A stretch of DNA of 49,109 nucleotides from Planctomycetaceae bacterium (lineage in GTDB: Bacteria > Planctomycetota > Planctomycetia > Pirellulales > Thermoguttaceae), in NCBI GenBank assembly GCA_031274255.1, contig JAISQK010000268.1, forward strand, positions 1 to 49,109, in the 5' to 3' direction. A program made the translations under genes and the position numbers. A model generated the notes under the pieces. The model was not told the DNA's origin. It ran no database searches and worked only from the letters and a program-made list of their open reading frames with translations. The stretch's first letter is position 1, and each line of letters opens with the position of its first letter. Below are positions 28,813 to 37,068 of this stretch, one piece after another.

Positions 28813-29160
28813 GTGAGCGTGACTAAATTGTTTGTCTCCGGCGTCTATGGTGTGAATAAAGACTTTGTTAAAAAGCGCACATTGCAATCTTCGAAAATGT
28901 TTCCTGTCATGATGAGCAATGACAGTGAAGACCTTGATGAAGAGGAATGGGAAGATGACGATGATGAAGACGAAGAATGGGAAGATGAAGACGAAGAATG
29001 GGATGATGATTGGGACGACGAAGAGGAAGACGAGGAAGATGAAGAGGAATGGGATGATGAAGACGAGGAAGAATGGGAAGAAGTAGAAGACGAAGAAGAT
29101 GAGGAAGAAGATTGGGATGATGCCGACGAAGAAGATGAGGAAGATATCGAAGAAGAGTAA
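28813..29160 (+). CDS. extremely acidic Asp/Glu/Trp-rich low-complexity protein (hypothetical)
   Basis: A GTG start is present with RBS aaagga. The C-terminal ~85 aa are almost entirely D/E with W roughly every 6-10 residues (EEWEDDDDEDEEWEDEDEEWDDDWDD...). The underlying DNA is a cryptic (GAN)n repeat. Confidence 0.5.
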   Translation: MSVTKLFVSGVYGVNKDFVKKRTLQSSKMFPVMMSNDSEDLDEEEWEDDDDEDEEWEDEDEEWDDDWDDEEEDEEDEEEWDDEDEEEWEEVEDEEDEEEDWDDADEEDEEDIEEE

Positions 29161-29216
29161 AATTTATATGAGTTGAATCTTTTCTGTGAAATAGATAAAT
29201 TGATTTAATTGTGTGC

Positions 29217-29250
29217 GGGGAAGGGGGACAACAACCCTTTCTTCGTTTTT
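29217..29250 (+). terminator. possible intrinsic terminator
   Basis: The sequence gggaaggggg-acaacaa-ccctttcttc is followed by gttttt, downstream of the acidic ORF and before rph. Confidence 0.3.
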
Positions 29251-29271
29251 AAATGGACAACCGGAGTCCCA

Positions 29272-30024
29272 ATGGCAAAGCGTCCCGATCATCGCGGCAT
29301 TATTGATTTGCGTCCGATCCGCATGGAACGGTCGTTTCCAACGGCGGCACCGGGAAGTGTTTTACTCTCTGCGGGGGGGACAGTTGTTTTGTGTACGGCG
29401 AGTATCACGGAAAGTTTGCCTCCATGGATGAAAGCCGCAACGAAAGAGCAGGACACTGTTTCCGGTTGGCTTACTGCGGAATATCGGATGCACCCGGCCA
29501 GTACGAGTCCCCGTTCGGAACGGCGTGACCGTCCGGACGGCCGCGCAACGGAAATCCAGCGGCTCATCGGGCGGAGTCTTCGTGCCGTGGTCGATTTGGA
29601 ACTTCTCGGGCCTCGTACTGTGGCAATTGATTGCGATGTTCTCAAAGCGGACGGCGGAACCCGGACATTGAGTATCACAGGAGCGTTCATTGCTCTTGTT
29701 GAGGCGGTCGTTTCGTGGAATGAAAATTCGCCTTATGAAATTCCGCTGCCGTTTCTCAAGGATTCCGTCGCGGCGGTCAGTGTCGGGATACTGGCGGGCG
29801 AACCGCGGATCGACCTTTGTTATCTCGAAGATGTTGACGCGGAAGTCGATATGAATGTTGTAATGACAGGCACGGGACGTTTCGTGGAAATTCAAGGCAC
29901 CGGTGAAGAGGCCACATTTTCCGAGTCGGAATTGCACGAAATGCTCCGGCTGGCCAAACTTGGAATTTCCCGACTGACGCAGCTTCAAAAAGAGACACTC
30001 GGAACTCTCTGGCGGTTCGGATGA
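29272..30024 (+). CDS. rph: ribonuclease PH
   Basis: The product is full-length RNase PH (RPDHRGIIDLRPIRMER...DCDVLKADGGTRT...). Confidence 0.9.
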   Translation: MAKRPDHRGIIDLRPIRMERSFPTAAPGSVLLSAGGTVVLCTASITESLPPWMKAATKEQDTVSGWLTAEYRMHPASTSPRSERRDRPDGRATEIQRLIGRSLRAVVDLELLGPRTVAIDCDVLKADGGTRTLSITGAFIALVEAVVSWNENSPYEIPLPFLKDSVAAVSVGILAGEPRIDLCYLEDVDAEVDMNVVMTGTGRFVEIQGTGEEATFSESELHEMLRLAKLGISRLTQLQKETLGTLWRFG

Positions 30025-30259
30025 TTTTTTCGTGATGCGCCGCAAAAGACGGGACGCGATGAATCTTCTGACCGTTTCGCTTCCCAAATTTCTGCCCGAT
30101 GCGTTCTCTCATGTCGGATGGAATCTCATGGTATCTCTTTGTGCCGGTCCTGCGGCGGTTGCGGCAGGCGGAGGCGGTCAAAAAGTGGACTTGTTTGAGG
30201 ACTGATTTCCCGGTATAATAAGAGAGTTTTGTGCCGATATTATCACAGAAAGGAATTGT

Positions 30260-32221
30260 ATGAGGAATCACTGCCGTTTTTTTGCTGTTCTCGGACTGTT
30301 TTTTGCGATGTCCCCTTTAGCGGCGGAGACGACGGATTCCCCCCCGCGTGTCTTTTACCCGTGTACGACCTTTTATGCCTGCCGTGCCGAACTATGGGAA
30401 AAATCCGGACCGTTGATGTATGGTTTTATCGGAAATCCCGACCCGGAACATCCCCTTCCCGAGGATGTCGCTAGGGATTGGCCGATTATCGGAGGAACAT
30501 TCACCGACGGCGACGAACTGTACGGAATCGTTGTATTGTTTCTGGATTCACCGCGGATTGACGAGGAGAAATTCAAAAGGCAACTGCTGGCCAATACCTT
30601 TTTTGAGTCGTTTTTCCCCGACAGACAGGTGGCGATTCATCATGGGAATCCTTTTCATATTCCCGAGGGTCCGCGCGGAGTCGCTATCGTGATTTCTGAA
30701 AAAGCGGTTGATTTTTTGTCACTGAAAAACATGACAAATGAAGAGCCCGCGGACTATTTGATTCAAATGATTGGGGAACTGTTCGCGCAAAGAAAAGATT
30801 ACATTGAATCGCGAAGTTATGTCGGAATGCTTCGCGAGTTCCCCGAACCTCAACTTTATCCGGTATTGCCGCCGGAAAACATGACAAGTGAAAAGCTCTC
30901 TGCGTATTTGATTCAAATGATTGGGGAACCGTTCGCGCAAAGAAAAGATTACATTGAGTCGCGATGTTATGCCGGAATACTTCACGAGTTCCCCGAACAT
31001 CAACTTTATCCGGTATTGCCGCCGGAAACGGAAAATGAAGGTACCTTTCTTCGGAAGGTTCGTGAATATCGTGCCGGACACAATGACATTGACAAGATAA
31101 ACGCGACTTTTTGGGGACTCAAGTGGACGGAAACGGACATCGAATTGGTATGGGACCGTTTCGTCGAAGAAGGAACTCCGGCAGCCGAAACCTATCGAAA
31201 CCGGAATACCGGCAAGCCGTTTCAATTGGGAGGTTTTTTCGATGAAGACACTTCCGGCGGAGCGTTTCGTCTGTATCCCAAAGACATTTCGGAAGACAAA
31301 TTTTTCCTGCAATGCGGAACGACGATCATTCCCACGGAAGAGAGAGAGGAAGATGACCGCATTTATACGATGCGGATAGGTTTCTTGTTCAGCAAGACTC
31401 CGTCGCAAGAGTATAACCCTATCGTTGAAGAAGGGATATTTGTTTTGAACACTGTTTACCAGCCGGAAAATCTTCCCGAAGAAAAAGGGGTTCCCGACGC
31501 GGAAACGATGGATGAAATCAATCATGACTTTGTGGAGAGTTTCCACCCGTTGATTCAGAACATCGTTTCCCAATCCGCGGAAATGGAACAAGACGCACCA
31601 TTGGATTTCGCAGTGAAACAGCAGGGAGACATTTTTCTCGCGGCCTGTGCGTTGCCGCCGGGCGGAAAACCTATCGACTGGAAGCTGGCGGAAAACATCA
31701 TTCCTGCAGTGAGAAAGATGTTTGAACACACACCCAATCCCTATAAGAATAAAGATCCAAAAGAACAATCGGAGGTCTTGGAATCCTGGATCATTTCTCT
31801 GTTTTCCCTCTCCGAAAATGGCGAAAACCGCGACGGCATGGATTTTTCGGAGTTTTTCATCAACATTGGCGAACAATCGGCTCATGTGGTGTTCGGATAC
31901 AAACCGGACCTCCTTTGTGCCGCCGCCACGATCGGAGAATTTGACGAAACCGCCAAACAGTTTCGTGACGAATCGCACACATTCGAGGAAATGGTCGGTC
32001 TGCTGCAAGAGTGTATTGAGGCGTCGCAACGATTGGAAACGGAGAAAATGCCTGTCCCGCAAATTGTTTATCAGCATAAAATCGACGGTCGTGACAACCG
32101 TGACATCCTGTTAACGAACGAAACCGCAGAGGGACATACGAAATACACACTGACCGTCACCGGTGAGGCGATTGGTCCGGCGATACAGATTGCGAAAATG
32201 TTCCTGCCGTCACCGCGGTAG
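30260..32221 (+). CDS. secreted hypothetical protein (653 aa) with internal 50-aa tandem duplication
   Basis: A signal peptide MRNHCRFFAVLGLFFAMSPLAAE is present. The antisense 452-aa ORF at 30719-32077 is an R/F-rich shadow ORF. The duplicated segment is NMT(N/S)E...YLIQMIGE(L/P)FAQRKDYIESR. Confidence 0.6.
   Translation: MRNHCRFFAVLGLFFAMSPLAAETTDSPPRVFYPCTTFYACRAELWEKSGPLMYGFIGNPDPEHPLPEDVARDWPIIGGTFTDGDELYGIVVLFLDSPRIDEEKFKRQLLANTFFESFFPDRQVAIHHGNPFHIPEGPRGVAIVISEKAVDFLSLKNMTNEEPADYLIQMIGELFAQRKDYIESRSYVGMLREFPEPQLYPVLPPENMTSEKLSAYLIQMIGEPFAQRKDYIESRCYAGILHEFPEHQLYPVLPPETENEGTFLRKVREYRAGHNDIDKINATFWGLKWTETDIELVWDRFVEEGTPAAETYRNRNTGKPFQLGGFFDEDTSGGAFRLYPKDISEDKFFLQCGTTIIPTEEREEDDRIYTMRIGFLFSKTPSQEYNPIVEEGIFVLNTVYQPENLPEEKGVPDAETMDEINHDFVESFHPLIQNIVSQSAEMEQDAPLDFAVKQQGDIFLAACALPPGGKPIDWKLAENIIPAVRKMFEHTPNPYKNKDPKEQSEVLESWIISLFSLSENGENRDGMDFSEFFINIGEQSAHVVFGYKPDLLCAAATIGEFDETAKQFRDESHTFEEMVGLLQECIEASQRLETEKMPVPQIVYQHKIDGRDNRDILLTNETAEGHTKYTLTVTGEAIGPAIQIAKMFLPSPR
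30724..31029 (+). repeat. perfect-period 150-bp tandem duplication (2 units) inside a CDS
   Basis: Unit 1 starts at atgacaaatg (30731) and unit 2 at atgacaagtg (30881). The units are about 90% identical and preserve the reading frame. Confidence 0.85.
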
Positions 32222-32292
32222 GCCGGCTTTGTTTACAAGATGATAATGATGCGTTCACAGACATCACACACACTGCGTTTAGAAAGACAACA

Positions 32293-33372
32293 ATGACATA
32301 CGAATCGAAAGAGTTCCTGAAAAAGATCATTCAGACACCGAGTCCGTCCGGATTTGAAGAGGACATCCAGGCGGTTGTCCGGGAATACATGAAACCGCAT
32401 GCAAGCCTGATCAAAACAGATGTTCACGGGAATGTGACCGCCGTAAAAAACCCGGATGCACCGTTCCGCGTGATGCTGGCCGGTCACTGCGACCAGATCG
32501 GACTGCTGGTCAACTACATTGACGCCGAAGGGTTCCTTTACGTTTTACCGCTCGGCGGCTGGGACACTCAACAGCTTGTCGGTCAGCGGGTACTGCTCTG
32601 GACGGAGTCGGGGCCGATTCCGGGGGTTATCGGAAAAAAGCCGATTCATCTCCTCAACGAGGAAGAACGCAAAAAGGTTCCCAAAATACAGGATTTGTGG
32701 ATTGACATCGGTGCCGCTGACAAAGAGGAAGCCGAGAAACTCGTGACCGTCGGCACACCGGCGACGCTGGAACTGGAATACCGCGAACTTCAGAACGGCA
32801 TGTTCGCCGCGCCCGCCGCGGACGACAAGACCGGCATGTGGGTTGTTATGGAAGCGTTGAAACGGGCGGAAACTTCCAAGCTGAACTGCGGCGTTTATGC
32901 GGTGTCAACGGTCCAGGAGGAAGTCGGCCTCCGCGGCAGTAAAACGAGTGTGTTCGGGATTGATCCTTCTATCGGAATTGCGGTTGATGTGACGTTTTCC
33001 ACGGATTGCCCGACCATCGAGAAAAAACAGAACGGTGAAGTCAAACTCGGCGGCGGACCGGTCCTTTCACGCGGCCCGAACATGAACAACAAGCTGGTCA
33101 ATCATTTGATCCGTGTGGCGAAAGAGCATGAAATCCCGTATCAGATTTGTGCCGAAAACCGTATCACCGGAACAGACGCCAACCCGATTCAGGTGAACCG
33201 CTCCGGTGTGGCGACGGCTCTGATCAGCATTCCGAACCGCTACATGCACTCGCCGGTCGAGGTGGTTTCGTTTAAAGACCTTGATGCCGCGGCGAATCTG
33301 ATTGCCCGGTTTTTGGAGTCGCTCGACACTACAGAGGATTTCATCCCCGGCAGCATATCCGGTTCATTGTAA
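32293..33372 (+). CDS. M42 family glutamyl aminopeptidase (FrvX/CelM-like)
   Basis: M42 motifs are present (MLAGHCDQIG; DDKTG; QEEVGLRG). Confidence 0.85.
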   Translation: MTYESKEFLKKIIQTPSPSGFEEDIQAVVREYMKPHASLIKTDVHGNVTAVKNPDAPFRVMLAGHCDQIGLLVNYIDAEGFLYVLPLGGWDTQQLVGQRVLLWTESGPIPGVIGKKPIHLLNEEERKKVPKIQDLWIDIGAADKEEAEKLVTVGTPATLELEYRELQNGMFAAPAADDKTGMWVVMEALKRAETSKLNCGVYAVSTVQEEVGLRGSKTSVFGIDPSIGIAVDVTFSTDCPTIEKKQNGEVKLGGGPVLSRGPNMNNKLVNHLIRVAKEHEIPYQICAENRITGTDANPIQVNRSGVATALISIPNRYMHSPVEVVSFKDLDAAANLIARFLESLDTTEDFIPGSISGSL

Positions 33373-33515
33373 TTCACACAAACCTTGAGCGTGTACGCTG
33401 TTTCGTCCGGCTTCATCCGTATTGTGCAAAACCTGTTTTGCAGGATTTTTCCAATCAGTTCCGTGCAACAAAAAACGGCGGGAATTTTTATTGCCGACGT
33501 CAGTAAAATTTCCGC

Positions 33516-34391
33516 TTATCGAGTGCTTGTGAACTGCGGGGTGCAAATGTCAACAGGAGTGTAACCGGCATAGTCCGGCATGATGAATGCGTCTTGATTG
33601 AGTTGGGTCACATTGAACTGGACATTTCCGAGGTCGAGCCGGACGTGAAATGTTTCACTGGATGTTACGAACGTCATTTGCACCGACCGCGGATAAATGA
33701 TATTTGTGGTCGGGTCGGCCTTGTGTTCCGGCGATTCCGCAATCGCTACGATCTGATTGTTCGGTCCGTACAATGTTTGTGAAAGCACGCACGCAGTGTT
33801 CCGGTCAATGACGGTGCGTTTTTTGAAGACGCCGCCCGGAGTGGTCCGCGTCGTCTGAATCACATAAGGACCGTTTCCCGACGCCCGCGGCAGAAGTTCG
33901 TGCTGTTCGGAGCCGTCCATTTTAAAGTTGACGATTCCCATGGATTCAATGAGCCAATCCGGGTCAATCGGAATGAGATTTCGGGCAGGACACGTCGGAT
34001 ATTGGGCGTGGCGGCAGTAGTACATCGCGTTGTCCATCCCCGACTTGCCCCAAATCCAGAACAGCTCCTCATTACTTCCGAGGTCGAAGAGCGGTCCTGT
34101 GACGGCGGTGCTTCCCATGGCGCGAAATTTCCGGCTGCGTTCAAAAGCCAGTGAACAGTTGGAAATCGGAATCGGCGAATTATTGATGTGAATGGTTGCG
34201 TTATTCGTCACGAAATTTTTCATCTGGAGGCTGTTTGCATTCACTGCGTTGACAATTTCCATCGGCTGCGGCGAGTCCGACAATACAGTAGGGAGCGTCG
34301 GCGTCGTTTTTCGCCACAGGAAATGATTAAGACCGCACCCACCGCCGGGCGAAATCAAAATGATGATTAGAAAAAGGCAACGGAATTTCAT
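33516..34391 (-). CDS. hypothetical lipoprotein
   Basis: A signal peptide plus possible lipobox is present (LIIILISPGGGCG). Confidence 0.5.
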   Translation of the reverse strand: MKFRCLFLIIILISPGGGCGLNHFLWRKTTPTLPTVLSDSPQPMEIVNAVNANSLQMKNFVTNNATIHINNSPIPISNCSLAFERSRKFRAMGSTAVTGPLFDLGSNEELFWIWGKSGMDNAMYYCRHAQYPTCPARNLIPIDPDWLIESMGIVNFKMDGSEQHELLPRASGNGPYVIQTTRTTPGGVFKKRTVIDRNTACVLSQTLYGPNNQIVAIAESPEHKADPTTNIIYPRSVQMTFVTSSETFHVRLDLGNVQFNVTQLNQDAFIMPDYAGYTPVDICTPQFTSTR

Positions 34392-34563
34392 GCTTTTGAC
34401 CTGTTTTGTCTGGATTCCAATATTTCTCGGATCATAACAATCTTTTGTGTGAAAAAAAATGTCAAAATCATGATTTTCCGCAAAATTGACAGGAATGATT
34501 CCGTGGATAAAATAATAGAAAGAAATGTTGTCAGATTCCTTTATTTCAGGTACAGGAAATTTT

Positions 34564-34977
34564 ATGAGTGACGCAAATCCCGAAAGGCCCGAAAGGAAAG
34601 AAGAGTGGCTGAATGATCAGTGGAAGTCTCAAGTCAAAGGGGACGAACCTCATGACGAATCGCCTCAAATACCTGATGAGAAAGAACTTCAGAAACATGA
34701 CGTTCCGTTGCCGGCGCCGACGCTGATTTCGCTGGCTTCGGGAATTGCCGCTCAAGCGATGGTTTCCATGGGGGTCTTTCCGAATCCGATGTTGGGCAAA
34801 CCGTGTATGCTTTTGAACCAGGCCAAGCATCTGGTGGATACTGTTGAAATGCTTTTTGAAAAGACAAAAGGGAATCAAACATCGGAAGAAACGAAAACAC
34901 TGGAAAATGTGCTCCACGAGCTGCGGATGCTTTTTGTCGCGGCACAGAACGAAAAAAACCGCCGTAGTGCGGAATGA
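34564..34977 (+). CDS. DUF1844 domain protein
   Basis: The DUF1844-like block is present (LASGIAAQAMVSMGVFPNP...KTKGNQTSEE...LHELRMLFV). Confidence 0.7.
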   Translation: MSDANPERPERKEEWLNDQWKSQVKGDEPHDESPQIPDEKELQKHDVPLPAPTLISLASGIAAQAMVSMGVFPNPMLGKPCMLLNQAKHLVDTVEMLFEKTKGNQTSEETKTLENVLHELRMLFVAAQNEKNRRSAE

Positions 34978-35013
34978 AAATTCCACTTTTTTACAGAAAA
35001 ATCAGGAGAAACC

Positions 35014-35961
35014 ATGAGTCGAAAAATCTGTGTGTTGTCCGCATTTTTGATGATTTCCTCTATAGGAATCGTTTTGGCCCAGGAAAAGTCCGCCGTTTCG
35101 CTGAATGACATTATCGACAAAGATGCTCAAGCGGTGGTTTTGGGAGACGGTTACAAATTTTGCGAAGGGCCTGCCGCCGATGCCGTCGGGAATGTCTATT
35201 TTTCCGATGGAGGTAACGATACGATTCATTTTTACGCCTATGGTCAGCCGGTTCGTGTTTTTGCCGGCAACTGCACCGACGCCAACGGCATGATGTTCAA
35301 TCACAAGGGAGAGCTGATTTCCGTCGAAGGCGGTTTGCGGCGAATCGTTGCGTTTGACATTCGCACGAAAGAGAAACGGGTCTTGGCGGACCAAATTGAC
35401 GGCACGAAATTCAACGAGCCAAACGATGTGACCGTGGATTTCGAGGACGGCTTTTACTTCACAGACCCTTACTACAAACACAGAAATCAGGGGGCACTCA
35501 TGAAGGAAGATGTCTACTATGTTTCCAGTACAGGAAATGTGACACGGGTTTCCACTGTTTGCAAGCGTCCCAACGGTATATTGCTTACCGCCGACTGTAA
35601 AACCCTTTACGTCGCGGACAACGGTTCTTCGAAGATCTACCGATATGATGTCGCCGGTCCGGGAAAGCTGGAAAACGAAACCGTTTTCATTACCGACGCT
35701 CCCGGAGGCGACGGCATGACCCTTGACGCAAAAGACAATCTGTACATCAGTTGCGGCGGAAACGGTATTCTGGTGTACGACAAAACCGGCAAACGGATCG
35801 GCGTAATAGGAAAAGAGTTTGGAATTCCCTATGCGTCGAATTGTGTGTTCGGCGGACCGGGATTTTCCGTACTCTACGTCACTTCCATCGGCAAGTTTTT
35901 CGGTATCCCAATGAAAGTGAAAGGACAACTTTCGCCGTGTGCCGATCTCATCAAACCGTAA
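35014..35961 (+). CDS. SMP-30/gluconolactonase/LRE family protein, secreted
   Basis: A signal peptide is present. Beta-propeller motifs are present (EGPAADAVGNVYFSD...NEPNDVTVD...PNGILLTADCKTLYVAD). Confidence 0.85.
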   Translation: MSRKICVLSAFLMISSIGIVLAQEKSAVSLNDIIDKDAQAVVLGDGYKFCEGPAADAVGNVYFSDGGNDTIHFYAYGQPVRVFAGNCTDANGMMFNHKGELISVEGGLRRIVAFDIRTKEKRVLADQIDGTKFNEPNDVTVDFEDGFYFTDPYYKHRNQGALMKEDVYYVSSTGNVTRVSTVCKRPNGILLTADCKTLYVADNGSSKIYRYDVAGPGKLENETVFITDAPGGDGMTLDAKDNLYISCGGNGILVYDKTGKRIGVIGKEFGIPYASNCVFGGPGFSVLYVTSIGKFFGIPMKVKGQLSPCADLIKP

Positions 35962-36037
35962 TCGTCACGGAATGAGGAAGTCCCGGATGGATGTTTTTCC
36001 CGTCGAAACACTCCGTCCGAGACTTACACTTCACCTG

Positions 36038-36940
36038 TTACGCTTCTTCCCAGCATTTGCGGAGATACTCGACGGATTTGGGCACTTCGGTCTCTTTGTC
36101 GCCGTTGACGCCGCACTCGTAACCGATAAAACCGGCATAACCGATGTACTTCAGACCCCGCATCGCCTTGACATGAGAGTGATTATCCTGACCGGGAAGC
36201 TGACGTTTTGTCCCGTTTCCGAGGTGAACATGCTTGACGAACTCACCGCCGGCAATCAACGCAGCCATGTCGTCCGGTTCCTCAAGATACATGTGATACG
36301 TGTCGGGATTGACGCCGACGCCCGGCACTCCGGCGTCTTTGCAAATGGCCGCGGCATCACTGACCTGACGCAAAAACCACGCTTCATAACGGCGAAGCGG
36401 TTCCAGATTGATACTGGTCTTGTGTTCCGCCGCGAACGGTCCCAGTTCTTTGAGCATTTCCACTGTCAACTCGCGAATCCGCCAATTGGGACGGTCCGGT
36501 TTACCTGTTGCCGGAACATACACAACTCCATTGGCACCAAGGGCACCGGCACGTTCAATTTGAACTTTCAGTTCGTCGAAACCCTGTTTGCGTTTTTCCG
36601 GGTCTTCATCGGTGAGCTTATTGCCGAACGAACCGATACAAATTGATGCGATCAGAAGTCCGGCATCATCGGCACGTTTCTTCCAATCCAGATAATCATC
36701 ACCCAAGCCGCCGATTTCAAATGCTTCAAAGCCGTGGGATTTCATCCATTTCAGTTTGTCTTCCGTACTGTTGCCGGGAATGATTCCAAGCTGACTGCAC
36801 ATTCGGAATTCGGCTTTGGACCGCCGGTCTCCGGGAAAGGGGGCGGAAGCGGTCACGGGTGTCAAGGCGGCGGAAGCAGAGGAAGCGGTCATCACGGAAC
36901 CGGCAAGGACTCCGCTCGTCAGAAAATCACGTCGTTTCAT
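36038..36940 (-). CDS. sugar phosphate isomerase/epimerase (xylose isomerase-like TIM barrel), Tat-secreted
   Basis: A Tat signal MKRRDFLTSGVLAGS...ASA is present. It has a TIM-barrel AP-endonuclease-2 family character. Confidence 0.8.
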   Translation of the reverse strand: MKRRDFLTSGVLAGSVMTASSASAALTPVTASAPFPGDRRSKAEFRMCSQLGIIPGNSTEDKLKWMKSHGFEAFEIGGLGDDYLDWKKRADDAGLLIASICIGSFGNKLTDEDPEKRKQGFDELKVQIERAGALGANGVVYVPATGKPDRPNWRIRELTVEMLKELGPFAAEHKTSINLEPLRRYEAWFLRQVSDAAAICKDAGVPGVGVNPDTYHMYLEEPDDMAALIAGGEFVKHVHLGNGTKRQLPGQDNHSHVKAMRGLKYIGYAGFIGYECGVNGDKETEVPKSVEYLRKCWEEA

Positions 36941-37068
36941 GAAAAAACTCCTGTGGAAAAAAGGACATTTCGGTTCATCATCGCATTTTGCGACTTTTTC
37001 ACATTACTCCCATGAATTATACAGAATTTCGACCGCTCAAACAAGTCTGCCGCGAAAAAAGATAAAAT

